Source: Chiloscyllium plagiosum (Eukaryota). Taken from it: a stretch of 64,000 bases of DNA. Below the pieces are notes generated by a model. That model did no database searches and had not been told where the DNA came from. It saw nothing but the letters and a program-made list of their open reading frames with translations. How positions within the stretch are numbered: position 1 is the stretch's first letter; the number at the start of each line of letters is the position of its first letter. Location: contig NC_057719.1 in the NCBI RefSeq assembly GCF_004010195.1, positions 75,073,960-75,137,959 on the forward strand, in the 5' to 3' direction. Position numbers and translations under genes: made by a program. This document shows positions 12,411-25,803 of this stretch, one piece after another.

Positions 12411-12927
12411 TATCAGAATTTCAGCCACTGACCGTGCAATTGTTTTGACTCTGACATGTGAACCCCTTGTTGTCCGGCAAGCGCTCTACAATTTGTATTT
12501 AAGAAATGAGGTCATTGTTGCAAACTAGCAATCAAGTTGCACATAGCAAAGCCCTAGAAATCACTGCTAATGTGCAGATACTGTGTTTGTAGTGCTATTG
12601 GTTGAAAGATAACAATTGGTGAAGAGACCAGAGAGATCCACCCTGGTCTTATTCAGAATTGTGGCACAGGATCTTATGTATTCATCTGCTTTTACAATTG
12701 AAATAGCCAACAGTGAAGGATGGAACTGGATCCAATCTTTATAAACCTACAAGCTTCAACTTAGTGACAGATGATACATTATCGTAATCTGGCAGTCACA
12801 GGTTTTAGCTTATTTTTTAAAATTTGTTGCCCATGCCCAGTCGCCATTGAGGTGAGTCTCCAGGCCATGGGTTTTCACAGCAACCAGTTTCATGGTTACT
12901 ATTACTGATGACCATCTTTCAATTCCA

Positions 12928-13056
12928 TAATAAAACAAAGAACTGCAGATGCTGAAACAAAAACAGACATTGCTGAGACCTTCAATGGGTCTGGTAGCAT
13001 CTGTGGAGGGAAAGCGGAGTTAATGTTTCAAGTCTAGTGGCTCTTCTTCAGAACAC
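12928..13056 (-). mobile_element. Penelope-terminal insert with a 12-bp TSD
   Basis: Flanked by ctttcaattcca (12916-12927, 13057-13068). The minus strand has a decayed CTGAAGA...GAAAC motif. Confidence 0.7.
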
Positions 13057-13092
13057 CTTTCAATTCCAGCTAAATTAACTGAATTTTGTTTC

Positions 13093-13421
13093 TGGGTAAA
13101 AACAAGGACTGCAGATGCTGGAAACCAGAGTCTAGATTAGAGTGGTGCTGGAAAAGCACAGCAGGTCAGGCAGCATCCAAGGAGCAGGAGCAAGAAAAGC
13201 CCTTCATCAGGAATAGACTTTTGTTTCCACCCTTCCTCAGGGGTGGAACATCTCAGGATTTGAACACCCTTCCTCAGCGCATTAGACTCAGGGGTCTGAA
13301 TTATGAGTTGAGAGTGCGGTGCTGGAAAAGCACAGCAGGTCAAATAGCCTGATCTTCTGCACTGTTCCAGCACCACACGCTTGACTCTAAACTCCAGCAT
13401 CTGCAGTGCTCATTTTCACCT
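13093..13421. mobile_element. Two adjacent Penelope-terminal inserts (13093-13218 and fold-back 13308-13421)
   Basis: ctgcagatgctgg...tgctggaaaagcacagcaggtca motif. Direct repeats ttttgtttc and ggtctg(a/g)attatgag (13293-13307, 13422-13436). Confidence 0.72.
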
Positions 13422-13649
13422 GGTCTGGATTATGAGAATAGTGCCATTCCTGCTGTGCCACTATCTGCCTCCACTCAGGTGTGGGCGGTGTTAACTTTTC
13501 CACAGCCTCTGCAGTGCCTTTACACCAATCCTAAAGTGCAGCATATAGAACTGGACACAGCACTCCAAGTGAGGCCAAACTAGGGTCTTCTATCCAGCTG
13601 CTCAGAGTCAGTCTCCTGAACTGAGGAGATTCTGAATCCCCTGCTTGGA

Positions 13650-14032
13650 TAAATCTTTTTCCTTTCTCTATCCCCGCAGTAGTTCACTACTGCACAACAG
13701 CAAGACTTATTTTTCCCCACAGCATCCGTATTGCGTGTAAGTGCAGGGACGCATTGAAGACACCATTTGTGCAAATAATTTTATTTAATACTTGCACCAG
13801 CAGGAAAAACACCCATGTGGCCAGGGAACCAGTGACAAGCAAAGCCCAATAAGGATTATGCTTAGGTGAAAAAGTTGAAAGGAGAAAGAAAGAGGGAGCT
13901 GACCACCATCCAATCAGGCAAGGGGAAGAGATGGAGACTCCTGTATGGTAACTTCAGCCAATGCAGGAATTGAACCAATATTGTTAACAGCACATTGTAT
14001 TACAAGCCAGCTTTCTAGCCAACTGAGCTAAA
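13650..14032 (-). mobile_element. tRNA-derived SINE (third family)
   Basis: Minus strand begins gtttagctcagttggctag...ggttcaattcc (Pol III A/B boxes). The body is homologous to 60598-60770. Confidence 0.6.
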
Positions 14033-17000
14033 CATTACAGTGTCAGCCTTGAACATGATTACTATTTATGTAATTACTAACTGGACAGCTTCCGAAAGGG
14101 AACCCCACAGCCGACAGGGATAGAGAAGCCGGATCAATCTCCCAGCAGTCAGGCAGCTGATTGGCTGTTAGCAGGCTTTCTGCTGGAACTAAGACCCCAG
14201 ATTAAGAGGACCCCTGCTGCTGGATTCGGCAGCCAATGAAAGGCCAAGTTCCAGAACTTGGCGTTGCTAGGGCAGAGACCGTGACTACCTTCCCCCAGTC
14301 TCCCACATGAATGATCACCGGTGGGAAGTGGGGGAATTTGTTTTGGGGGTGGGGTATCTGATGTTGGGGATTCCACAAGCAAGGAGGGACGGAGGGTTGG
14401 AAGCCCAGGGTGGGGATTTCTGTCAATGTCAAGACCCCCGTGTTCCACCCCTCCCCCGTACTTCAAGTCCACGTCTTTGGCCTTGCACAGATGAGTGCAG
14501 ATCAAGGCAGAGTCACCCTCAGCCACCCACCCATTCCCAACCTGATAGATGGCTGGCATTTGGTTTGCCCTTGGGCCAGACCGACACTTTCACAGTTACA
14601 ACAGTTGCAGAGAGGAGGAAGTCCTTAGGTGTCATTATTTGGTGGTGGAGTGGGAATGTCAAAGTCAGGCCTTGCCACCCAGTGTGTAATTCCTGTGGCA
14701 GCCAAAAGGTGGCAGGTATTTCCTAACGTCAGCTCGCCTGATTATCTTCCGCTCTTTCCAGGTTCCCTCCTAATATTGGAGGGAAGGTTTTTGCCAGGGG
14801 TTAACTCCTTCTCAGTTTGAACTCAAACCTGTCGGCCCCTACTCCATCGTATTGTTCCAGATTAACCCAATTTCATGTCAAGGTGCCCTCTGAGACTTTG
14901 CTTTCAAAGACAACATAACCTGAGCCGATCCACTCAGTTCCCATATCCCATCCTGCTTACAGTGGCACTCCTCTGTATTCCTTCTGGGAATATGGCAGTC
15001 CTATTATGTTATGGGAGCCAGGGAATGAGCAAACCCAATAAAAATGTGGCTCAAGCCACTTATTCGGCAGGTCCTGTGTGACCAGGGCAGTGAGAATGTA
15101 AGAACTAGGAACAGGAGTAGGCCATCCCTTGAGTCTGCTCCGCCATTCAGTAAGATCATGGCTGATCTTTCTCGTGGACGCAGCTCCACTTACCCGCCCT
15201 CTCACCATAACTGAGTATGTGGTTTCAGACAGCTCTAGACAATATTATAGTGCTTGTCCATTTCCAGTCAGCTGTTCTCAGGTTTGATTTTTTTTTGTTC
15301 AACTGGATGAAATTTCCTCTCATACCTTCCAAAGTAATGAAGGGTGTTTTAAACTGAAACAATAATCTCATGGATTCTACCAGAATGGAACAGGTACAGA
15401 CTTGAGTTGAAAAGACATGAAGCTTTGGAGAAGGTGCTGAGATTGGATGATCCACTGGTTATAGGGAGGCGGCTGGGATTAAAAATACTTCTGGAAAGCA
15501 GCGAGTCTGCTTTGTGCCCGACTTACTGTCACATTGTATTTTGCGGATTCTGAAGCCTTGTGAATAAAATGCACACACAGCATTTTGAATTGTAATCTAA
15601 TACTATTAATGTGCAAGATTGAAGGTGTGTGTTTTTGTATGGCTGCCTTTGTTCTGTGTGCTTACTCCTTTTCACCTGCTAAAGCCTCTCCTTCTACATT
15701 ACACTCGCCAAGATATTACCATTCCACCATTTCTTTTCTCTTACGAAAGGAAACCCTTTGAGCAAAGAGTCAAAATTGGCCTTTGGCCAGATGAAAAAGA
15801 GCTCTCTTGCCAAACTAACAATGTCATTGATTGACTATTATTGCTGAAAAAGTCAGCAGATATCATAGGTACTCTTTTTGCTATGCTTCGGGCTCTTTAA
15901 GCAATTACAAGTGGGCAGTGTGCCTGTAGGAATTAATTTGATTGTTGCTATCAAAATCAGGAATATATTTGCATACACCTGCTCATAGGTGTAAGTGGAC
16001 TACATACAGGCTTTGCTAAATTTTAGCAAGTTATGTAGTGTTGACATTCAGACTACAATGGCTCCTGTACTTGCTGTTATGAGAACAGTATTATATCCCT
16101 TGCCAACTTATGTCTGACAATGATGGTGATGGTGCCATCAAGAAGCTCAGTGACGTAAGTAAAGTGATGTTGACTAAATATTCGTGTGTGACAGCATGAC
16201 TGGTGAAATAAAATCAAAGATTGATTCATTGAGGAATATAAGCGAAGGGCTACAGTGCACAATACCAGCATTATTGTAATGTGTAGGAGGGAATGGTGAA
16301 ATCAGATAGTCTTGGTTAGGGTGATGTCAGGCTGAGGTTACAAATGTCTGCTAACTGCAGGAAGACTGAGGTGGGGAATTCCTCAGTCGTGAGATCGTGA
16401 AAAACTAATTTGGGTGACTTGAGAGAAGAGGAAAGGAACAAATTTCCCTGTGGTCTGTGTAACCCCACCTTCAGGCCTCAATGCTGGTCAAAAGTCCAAA
16501 CTTCTGAGAAAGTCTTGCTTATTGTGACCTGGCCTGGAGTTGTCCAATTAACGGCCAGAGGGCAGACTTGCTGTCCAATGAAGCAAGGCTGGTCTGTTTA
16601 CTGGGTGTCCATTAAATTTAGAAGGTCTGACTGGATACGGATGAGAACCAAGATTCAGAATTCCACGTACATAAAAGGGGTGATTGAATCCAGGATGACA
16701 AGTGTGGAGCTCTGTTGTCTCTCAACGTCAAAGGGTTAGAACAAAGTACAGTACAGCACAGGAACAGGCCCTTTAGCCCTGCGTACTTCCAAACACAGTT
16801 TGCCATTCCATACGAAAACTGTCTTAGCTTACAGGATCCGTATCCCTCTATTCCCTTCCTATTTGTGTTAATACGTAGCGGCACCATTGGCCCCGCCCAC
16901 TACCTTTATGGTTGTGTTATACAGACTGAACTGGGGGAGAACTGCTTAGGACCTTGAAGGAAAGACACGTATCTCTTGGTTCTACTCAAAGTCTCTGTCA

Positions 17001-17534
17001 TGATGTCTATCATTATCAATGGAACCTGTAGCTTGTTTCTAACAGGCAATAAACTGTTTCTCGTTAATTCCAAGAGCTTCTTCTGGTTAGGCCAGGAAGT
17101 GGTTTTGCTCAAAACCAAACAGGCTCTGTGCATCACTACACTTTTAAGAGGTTGGTAGCGGCAAACATGTGGTGAGGGGCACCCTTGGTTCGGCTGTTCT
17201 TACAACATGTACCACCTTGGCAGGTAAAGGAGTTTATTTATGAAGCAATAGAATTTGAGACGCGGATTGGTGTAGCTTCTGATTAATTTGTCCCTGTCGA
17301 CGATGTGATTTGTCCCGGAATGGGATGGTCCAGGTGAGAGTGGAGTAGGGTTCGTGCCACCTTGAAGCTGTCACCTCACCTGCAGATTATTAACCCGCAG
17401 AAATTCCGACAGAAAGGAAATGATCTCAAATAAATCACTGTTCTCCACACTCGGGAAATGACATGAAATGCTGCTCTTCAGGCACACCAGCTACCCACTG
17501 CTAGTTATGACTGTTAACCTTTAACCTTTTGCAG

Positions 17535-17606
17535 GTTGCCCCGGGGCAAAAAAGTTGGAGTTCATCACCAGTGTTTTGGATGCTCTCACCACGGACATGG
17601 TGCAAG
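17535..17606 (+). other. Partial duplicate of the same SMOC1 exon carrying the native acceptor
   Basis: 17528-17606 is identical to 17656-17734 (79 bp). It is preceded by the pyrimidine-rich ttaacctttaaccttttgcag. Confidence 0.9.
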
Positions 17607-17662
17607 TCTGGAAAGCAGCGAGTCTGCTTTGTGCCCGACTTACTGTCACATTGTATTTGCAG

Positions 17663-17768
17663 GTTGCCCCGGGGCAAAAAAGTTGGAGTTCATCACCAGT
17701 GTTTTGGATGCTCTCACCACGGACATGGTGCAAGCTATTAACTCACCAGCGCCTGCAGCGGGAGGAAG
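17663..17768 (+). CDS. SMOC1: SMOC1-like internal coding exon (start of the EC domain), intact copy
   Basis: Acceptor tgtatttgcag, donor AG|gtatgt, 106 bp, phase 1 to phase 2. Encodes (G)CPGAKKLEFITSVLDALTTDMVQAINSPAPAAGG(R), close to the recalled mammalian SMOC1 GCPEGKKMEFITSLLDALTTDMVQAINSAAPTGGGR. Joins in frame to 54060. Confidence 0.92.
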
Positions 17769-19306
17769 GTATGTGTCTCCTTATTGCCTGCGTGACAGAG
17801 TTCGGATGGCGCTGACCTCAGGACGTCTCTATTGAGAACAGCAATTGTGACGAACGTTCACATCTTAAACTCACCATTCAGCCAGTTCAAAGTTACGAAT
17901 AGGCATGCTCTAATTAAATTGTCGTTGCACACCACTACATAATCTATGTATTTCAGACGTGTATAGTTAAATTATGCTTTACCACAGAAAAGAAAAGTTT
18001 TGCAACAACCAAATGCAATGTAAATTTATGTTGGCATTGTACCTAAACAGGTAGAATAGAGGAAGTCAGTTGTAAACGTCTGTGTATGTCCAACAGCGAG
18101 CAGGTTTGTCATCCAGCTGGGGTAATGTCCTGACCTGTAAGACATAAAGATGGGGAAGCACAACATTAATGTGTTTATCTCATCACTTCCTGTCGCACAG
18201 CATTCCAGCAAATTAAAATGCCTTTAGTTTTTGTGCGGAAGGGTTAAAATATGTCAGCGAAGGCTTGGAACGCTGAATGGCCTGTTCCTGCGCTGTTCTT
18301 TGTTCTTCGGTGGTTGAGTATGAGAGACTGCAAGTAATTCAGAATGTTGGAGGTAAAATTCATTCCGGCAGTTTCATGTGACTTTCAAGTTCCTGTCCCA
18401 TTTTCAAAAGAAAACTGGGTGGAATGCAAAAGGGATTCCCATTCACCTGGGCTTGTTTATCACCACTGCCCAAGGACCAAGGACATATTCTGGCGCCATG
18501 GGAACTAGAGTTGACCATTTGTTACATCCTCTGGACATTCCTGATTTCTTTAAGTTTGTTTTGTCTCATTCCTGTATATTCTTTAAACCCAGCTTCCAGT
18601 GTCCTTTTGCTCTTCCTTAATGCTCTTGCTCCTGAAGCATCTACCGCCAATGCAGACACCTCATTGGTGAGTTTAGTGGTGGAGCAGGGCATTTAATTGG
18701 GCAGAGAAGGTTGGCAAGTGGGGCCCTGGCATCTTACCACCCCTACCTCACGATGAACCTGGGGACGGAACGGTTCATGGATGGCTTTCCCATCCTTCTG
18801 CAAATTGAGGCTCTCAACTTAAAGATCTCAAGTATGAATGGTGGTGGGTAAGGGGCTGACCAGGTAGGGAACATGATGTGTTTGCTTGAGACTCCCAGGA
18901 AATGTTTTCTCATTCAAGGTCCCAGACCAAGGGACTTGACACGAAGAAGGAAGAAGCCAGCTGAGGGTCACCTCCCTGCTGTTGGTGCTGATCTGCTCAT
19001 TCCTTTTTCCCCACTGCCCTCAACCCAACATTACTCTCCCATGTCCTGAGACACCCTTCAGTGCATGTCCTCAGATGAATGTCATACCAACAGCAGTCTC
19101 TAGCTGGTGCTGCTGAGTACAGAAGAGCTACCAATCTCTGATTGGCTGGCAGGTAGTACTTCCTCCCTGGTGTCTTCGGTCTGAATGAAGGACCCCTGCT
19201 GTCCTGTTGGCTGCCTGAATGGTGAGGGGACTTCTCAAAAAGAGTCAGCCCTGACTCTTTTTTGACCCACAAGATTCTGTGCATTGAATCCAACATCTCC
19301 GTCATG

Positions 19307-19370
19307 TAATTCAGAAGTGTCGACATATCTGACATATAATTCAGAAGTGTCGACATATCTGACATATAAT
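19307..19370 (+). repeat. 30-bp tandem duplication
   Basis: taattcagaagtgtcgacatatctgacata twice, next to the MITE-like remnant at 19370-19495. Confidence 0.9.
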
Positions 19371-19724
19371 CACGTTATAGACAACACATGTTTTAAACGT
19401 TTGTGCTTTAGAAACAGCGTCCCCTATTTCTCAATCGCATTACAGCCAATTCGTGTTGACGAAACGCGTGTTACGGCGGAACGATCGATATTGTAACTGA
19501 ACTAAATTTGGGGTTTCTGAAGATTAACTCACACAGGATGTTTTGCAGCACCATTTGTTCTGATTCTAGTTTGTCACACTTTTGATATGTGCAAATTCTC
19601 ACTTTCAGTTGGAAAGTCATACAAATGTGTGAAAAATAAAAGACCTTGAAAGAACTTCTGGTCTAACCAGCTAGTCCCTCACAATTGTGAGACTCAATGT
19701 ATCACTGGATGTGTAATGAGGCAG

Positions 19725-20345
19725 ACTGGAATAGGGAGCTTAAGGTGAAGGAAACCTTAGGGGGCAGTGACCATAATATGATATAACTCACCCTGCAGTT
19801 TGAGAGGGATAAGCTGCAATCAGATGTAACAGTGGTACAGTTGAAGAAAGGTGATTATAAAGACATGTAGACAAGGTCTTTTCCCTGGGGTGGGGGGAGT
19901 CCAGAACTATAGGGCATAGGTTTAGGGTGAGAGGGGAAAAATATAAAAGAGACCTGAGGGGCAACTCTTTCACGCAGAGTGTGGTGCATGTATGGAATGA
20001 GCTGCTAGAGGAAGTGGTAGAGACTCGTACAATTGCAACATTTAAAAGGCATCTGGATGGGTTTGTGAACAGGAAGGGTTTGGAGGGATATGGGCTGGGT
20101 GCTGGCAGGTGGGACTAGATTGTTTTGGGAAACCTGGTCGGCATGGTCGGGTTGAACCGAAGAGTCTGTTTCTATGCTGTACATCTCTATGACTCCATGA
20201 CTGTATGTGATATCCCGTGGTGTTAGAAAGGTTTAGAGGGATATGGGTCAAATGCAGCCATATGGGACTAGTTTGGGAAACTTAGTCAGTATGGATGAGT
20301 TGGACTGAAGGGTCTGTTTCTGTGCTGTATGACTCTATGACTATA
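19725..20345 (+). mobile_element. CR1 fragments with a large internal deletion and two 3' tails
   Basis: Endonuclease-end motif (ggcagtgaccataatatgata) fused to RGEKYKRDLRGN...WNEL. ctatgact tails at about 20190 and 20335. Confidence 0.82.
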
Positions 20346-20769
20346 TTAATCTAAAAACACAGATCCAGGTTCAAATCCTGGCATTGTAAAATTCAATTTT
20401 AAAAATCTGAGATTAAGAATCTAATGATAACCTTGAAACCGTTGCCAATTGTCAGAAAAACCCGTTAAGGTTCAGTAATGTTTTTCAGGAAAATAAATCT
20501 GCCATCCTTACTTGGCCTACATATGAATCCAGAACCCCAGCAATGTGGTTGACTCTCAACTGCCATATGGGCAATTAGGGATGGGCAATCAAAACTCAAA
20601 TTGTATCTCACTCTGCTCTTGAAGATCCTCCTAAAAATCCATCTCTTTGCTGGAGTTTTTTTGGCTACCTTTCTAATAACCTTTTCTTTGACTCATCATC
20701 CATATTTCTCTGACGTAGCTGTCAGAGAATATTACCATCGGAAAAGGCTGCTTAATGGACACCGCCTGA

Positions 20770-21640
20770 TAATCTACATCCCAGGGTACTTGGTGTTGTC
20801 TTTGGAAATAATGAGTGCATTGGTGGTCATCTTTCAGGATTGTGTAGACTCTGGAACTGTTCCTATGGATTGGAGAGTAGCCAGTGTAACCTCTCTGTTT
20901 AAAACAAGAGTCAGAGAGAAATCAGGAATTACAGACAGGTTAAGTCTAGCATCAGTAATGTGGATAATGCTAGAGTCCATTGTAAAAGATTTAATAGCAG
21001 AGCACTTGGAAAACAGTGACAGAATCGGACATGGTCAGCGTGGATTTGTGAGAGGGAAATTATGCTTGACAAATCTACTGGAAGTTTTAAGGATTTAACT
21101 CGTACAGTTTATAAGGGTGAGCCAGTGGATGTTTTTTATTTGGACTTTCGATAAGGCCCCACATAAGAGATTACCCTGTAAAATTCAAGTGCATGGGATT
21201 GGTGGTAGCGTACTGACATAGATAGAGAACTGATTGACAGGCAGGAAACAATGAGAAGTGATGAATGGGTATTTTTCCAGGTACATGAGAGTCAGTGCTT
21301 GGACTCCAGCTACCAAATATGAACGATTTAGATGAGAGAGTGAAATGTAATATCTTCAACTTTGCAGACAGCACAGAGCTGGGTGGGATGGTGAATTGCG
21401 AGGAGGATGCAGAGATGCTTCAGTGTGATTCGGACACGTTGATTGAGTGGGCAGACATAGTGTAATGTGGGTAAGTGCAAGGCTATTTCACTTCAGTAGC
21501 AAAAACAGGAAGGCGGTTTATCTGAATGGCAATAGAGTGGGAAAGAGGGACGTGCATTGAGACCTGGGTGTCCTTGTATAACAGTCACTGAAAGCAAACA
21601 TGCAGGTGTAGCAGGTGGTGTTGCAGGTGTAGCACAGGGA
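20770..21640 (+). mobile_element. CR1 RT fragment (degenerate)
   Basis: SGTVPMDWRVASVTSLFK...QRGFVRGKLCLTNLLE and a FAD motif. Confidence 0.85.
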
Positions 21641-22294
21641 GAGCAAAAGAAAGAGAAAGAGTTCCAGCTGTGTACGAATCAATTTATCTTCTGTCCTTGT
21701 TTTATGAAGCAAACTATTGAAAAGTGGTTCACTTGTGTTTTCCTGAGACCAGTTCTGCTGTCCTTGCTGAGTATTCCACAGGCAATCTTTCATTTTCCAA
21801 TGTGTGAACTTAGCATGGAAATGTGAATTAAACAAGAGGTGCAGATTTCTTGACATTGACTGAGTTTTCTAATTGTGCAGTATTTAGATGAAATAAGTGC
21901 AGACAAGTCTGTATATTCTCACACTGGTTTCACAAAACTTAGCTCAATCTGTGGTCAGGTGAGAATGGTCAGTGTTTGTCCATTTTAATGAAGGTCTTGG
22001 ATAAATGTTTAGTATTGAAAGTTCATGTTTTCCACGATCATAACAAATATGAAATCCGCATATTCATACTTTTCAGTCTAATTCCCTTCTGAATGCTTCA
22101 GTTGACCATTCCTGTACTGTACTCTCAGTCACTGCATTTCTAGACCTTAACCATCATTCTGAGGAAATAAAATCCTCCTATAGCCTTTGCTACATTTATT
22201 CATTATTTTATATCTGTACATTCTCACTTTCAAGTGGAAACACTATCTCGCTTTCTGCTCTGTCCTGGCCCCTCAAGACTATGAATATTGTTGT

Positions 22295-23040
22295 CACATA
22301 GAACCCCTACAGAGTGGAAGCAGGCCATTTGGCCCATCAAGCCCACAGCAACCCTCCGAAGAAGAGCATTCCACTCAATCCCTGTAACTCTGCATAGCCC
22401 ATAGCTAACTGAGGGCTATTTTCCCTGGAGCGCCAGAGGCTAAGGGGTGACCTTATAGAGGTTTATAAAATCATGAGGGGTATTAATAGTATAAATAGAC
22501 AACGTCTTTTTCCTGATGTGGGGGAGTCCAGAACTAGAGGGCACAGATTTAAGGTGAGTGGAGGGAAGATATAAAACGTACTTAAGGGGCAACGTTTTCA
22601 TTCAGAGGGTGGTGTGTGTATGGAATGAGCTGCTAGATGAAGTGGTGGAGGCTGGTACAATTGCAGCATTTAAAAGGCATCTTGATGGGTATATGAATAG
22701 GAAAGGTTTAGAGGGATATGGGCCAAGTGCTGGCAAATAGGACTAGATGAGGTTGGGATATCTGGTCAGCATGGCTGAGTTGGACTGAAGGGTCTGTCTC
22801 CATGCTGTACATCTCTATGACTCTATAACCGACCTAACCTACACCTCTCTGAGCACTATGGGCAATTTAGCATGGCCAATCCACCTAGTCTTCACTTCTT
22901 TGGACTGTGGGAGGAAACCAGAGCACCCAGAGGAAACCCACGTGGGCACAGAGAGAATGTGCAAACTCCACACAGACAGTCACCAAGGCTGGAATCAAAC
23001 CTGGATCCCTGGCGTTGTGAGGCAGCTGTGCTAACCACTG
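22295..23040 (-). mobile_element. HE1-like SINE interrupted by a + strand CR1 3' fragment (22411-22826)
   Basis: SINE 3' part at 22295-22410, and 5' part with V-domain and A/B boxes at 22827-23040. The CR1 RLRGDL...3'UTR lies between them. Confidence 0.82.
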
Positions 23041-23342
23041 ATCTGCTGCACTGCTCATCTCCTCCCATCCTTCTGTCCTCCAAGAAATACAGTCCTGACT
23101 TCTCCAAATCCATCTTCACAACTTCGAATCATTCTCATGAGTCACGTGACAGGCTTTTTCTTCAGTTTTCTCAGTGTGAGAGACAGTCTCATTCACCGAG
23201 GTGTACTCTGTACATCTTTGGACAGGCTTGAGGCTGAGAAATAATTACAAATTGTTCCAGCAAAGGAAGGATTCAGCACAAAATTGAAACGTTTATTGCG
23301 AAGAAGCTTTGCAAAGGAAATGATATGGGGCATCTGTCAACA

Positions 23343-23620
23343 GTCTGTGTGGAGTTTGCACATTCTCCCCGTGTCTGTGAGGGTTCCCTTCTAGTGCTCT
23401 GGTCTCCTCCCACAATCCAAAGATATGCAGGTTAGGTGCATTGGCTGTGCTAAATTACCCATAGTGTTGAGGGATGTGCAGGCTAGTTGGGTTAGCCATG
23501 GGAAATGCAAGGCAACAGGGATAAGGTGGGTATGAGTGGGATGCTGCTTGGAGGGTCAGTGTGGACTTGATGGGTCTAAAGGCCCTTTCCCATGTAGTAG
23601 GGATTCTGTGATTCTATGAT
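23343..23620 (+). mobile_element. HE1-like V-SINE, 5'-truncated
   Basis: V-domain tgtgtggagtttgcacattctccccgtgtctg...ctcccacaatccaaagat. Confidence 0.85.
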
Positions 23621-24309
23621 ATGACTCTATCTGAAATCAGACAATACAAGGAAGCAAACAATGTTGATAGCTGTTGGTTACGTATGAATAATGTTGTAGT
23701 TGGTTATCATCATAGTATGGTGCACCAGTGAAGTCAGGCCACCCTCTGACCTGAATCGGCAGCCATTGCTGTTTATCTGCTCGGTAAAGAGAGAAAGGGT
23801 TGTTTTGTTTATTCAAACTGGCTGAAGCAAAAGGAGAGCTGGGGCATGGGCCAGTGGAGGGCCTAGTTCTTTTTGACGTCAATCTTGTCGGGTTTTTTTC
23901 CAAACTTACGTTTCCAGCCAATAAAATTGTTTCAGGACCCTCCCCATGTTTCTGTCAGCTGGTCACCTTCAGAGAGTTCCTAACAATGGCTTGCTCTTGT
24001 GAAACTCTTGAGAAGCTGTGTCTTTTTTTCCTTTCCTTTCCTCTTAAACTATTCAAAGTGGCGCCGCCTCATGGCGACAAACGGAAGCCATTCACTGTGT
24101 TTTATTGTACTCTTACTGTAGAATACACTTGACAGTAAAATCAAAAGTCTGTAAAATCAGAAGTATCAGAAGACACAAGCTCCTTAACAAGCTTCCTGTA
24201 AACCTTTATGTGCCCAGTTAATGAAGGGATGGCTCCACTTTCCCCTCCATCACACCGCACTCTCTCCCCATCCCCAAGTCCCCACAAATGCGCAGAGGAG
24301 GTGTTGGAG

Positions 24310-24780
24310 GTGTCCTCACAACCCCAACACCCCCTGGCTGAACACTTCAACTCCCTCTCCCACTCCGTCAAGGACATGCTGGTCCTGGGCCTCCATATTA
24401 TGCCTAATATTCCGCCTTGGAACCCTGCAACCACATGGGATTAATGTGGATGTCAACAGCTGCCTCAGATCCCCTGTCCCCATGTTATCCCAGTCCCAAG
24501 CCTCCAACGCGGCCCCGCCCTCCAGACCTGTCCATCACTGCCCCTTCTGACCTATCATCTTCTACCTCACCTTTATCCACCTATCGCTTTCCCAGCTACC
24601 TGTGCACACTCCCCTCCCAATTATCTCTCATCCCTGACCCACAAACCTCATTCCTGATGAAGGGATTATGTCCAAAACGTCGATTCTCCTGCTCCTCAGA
24701 TGCTGCCTGACCTGCTGTGCATTTCTGGCGTTACGCTCTCAACTCTGATCTCTAGCATCTGCAGTCCTCACTTTCTCCTC
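24310..24780 (+). mobile_element. Penelope-like element 3' end (GIY-YIG C-terminus and terminal repeat)
   Basis: AEHFNSLSHSVKDMLVLGLH...IFRLGTLQPHGINVD runs into attcctgatgaaggg...cgtcgattctcctgctcctcagatgctgcc. This links the abundant short repeat to a PLE. Confidence 0.82.
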
Positions 24781-25444
24781 GCAATCCACAACTCAAGCTT
24801 AACATTCTGGGAGCATGGGATCAAATCCTGCAATGGCAGGTAGTGAAATTTGAATCCAATTAAAATATCTGGAGTAAAAGAAATGGACTAATGGCACCCA
24901 GAGTCATAAAAAAAACCCACTTGGTTCAATATTGTCCTTCAAGAAAGAAAAATCTTACTTTCCCTGGCTCACACGTGACACCAGTCCCGCAGTGATATGT
25001 TAGACTCTTAACTGCCCTTTAGCAGTTTGAGATGGTTGATGGTTGCTGGCCTAGTTTGTGATGACCCAGAAACAAGTGGGTCAGACTGGATTTGTGGGTG
25101 GGAAACGTTCTAAGCTGAGTTTCCATGAATAAGTCCTACGATTGGGAGTGGATCGTGGGCAGCACAACGCTGGAGGATTTCTGGTTTGAAAGGGGTCAAT
25201 GAATATAGATTGGGTGAAAGAAGCAGCAGGGCAAAGAGAATGGGGCTTTGGAGAATTGTTCAGTCAGAAGGTGAGCATGGCTTGAGAGATTCGAGAGGAA
25301 ATAATTTAGTCACAGGCATAGCTTTGCTGGGAAGCACCAATGTGTGTGATTCCATCTAAGGATTTGGCGATCGTAACCCAGATTGTAAATGACATGCTAA
25401 CACAAAAGAATTGTGCTGAAATCCGTACAATTGGCTGTGAAGGG

Positions 25445-25803
25445 GAGGCGATGGTGTCATTGTATTCTTGCTCAATTATTAATCCAGAGACACTGGTAAT
25501 GTTCTGAGGACCAGGGTTAGAAACCTGCCATGGCAATTGGTGGAATTCGGATTCATTTTAAAAACGTCTGGAATTAGGAGTCTAATGATGACCATGAAAC
25601 CATTTCAGATTGTTGGAAAGATCCATCTGGCTCAATAAAGCCCTTTAGGGATGGAAACTGCCATCCTTACCTGGTCTGGCCTACATGCGACTCCAGATCC
25701 ACAGCAATATTGTTGACTCTTAACTGCTCTCTGGGCAATTAGGGATTGGCAATAAATGCTGGTCTAGCCAGTGACGCCTTCATCCCGTGACCAAATAAAA
25801 CAA
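25445..25803 (+). mobile_element. Near full-length tRNA-headed SINE (second family)
   Basis: Degenerate tRNA-like head. The 3' tail gggcaattaggga..ggcaataaatgctgg is shared with the LINE at 43217-44430. A-rich end. Confidence 0.7.

Noticed and set aside
15394..15476. Candidate for the missing upstream SMOC1 exon (RY-16aa-DDP spacing)
   Set aside because: No conserved Cys, poor acceptor and no GT donor at the required position. The real exon is probably upstream of the window.
19307..19370. CRISPR-like or regularly spaced repeat
   Set aside because: A simple two-copy tandem duplication without spacers, in a vertebrate intron.
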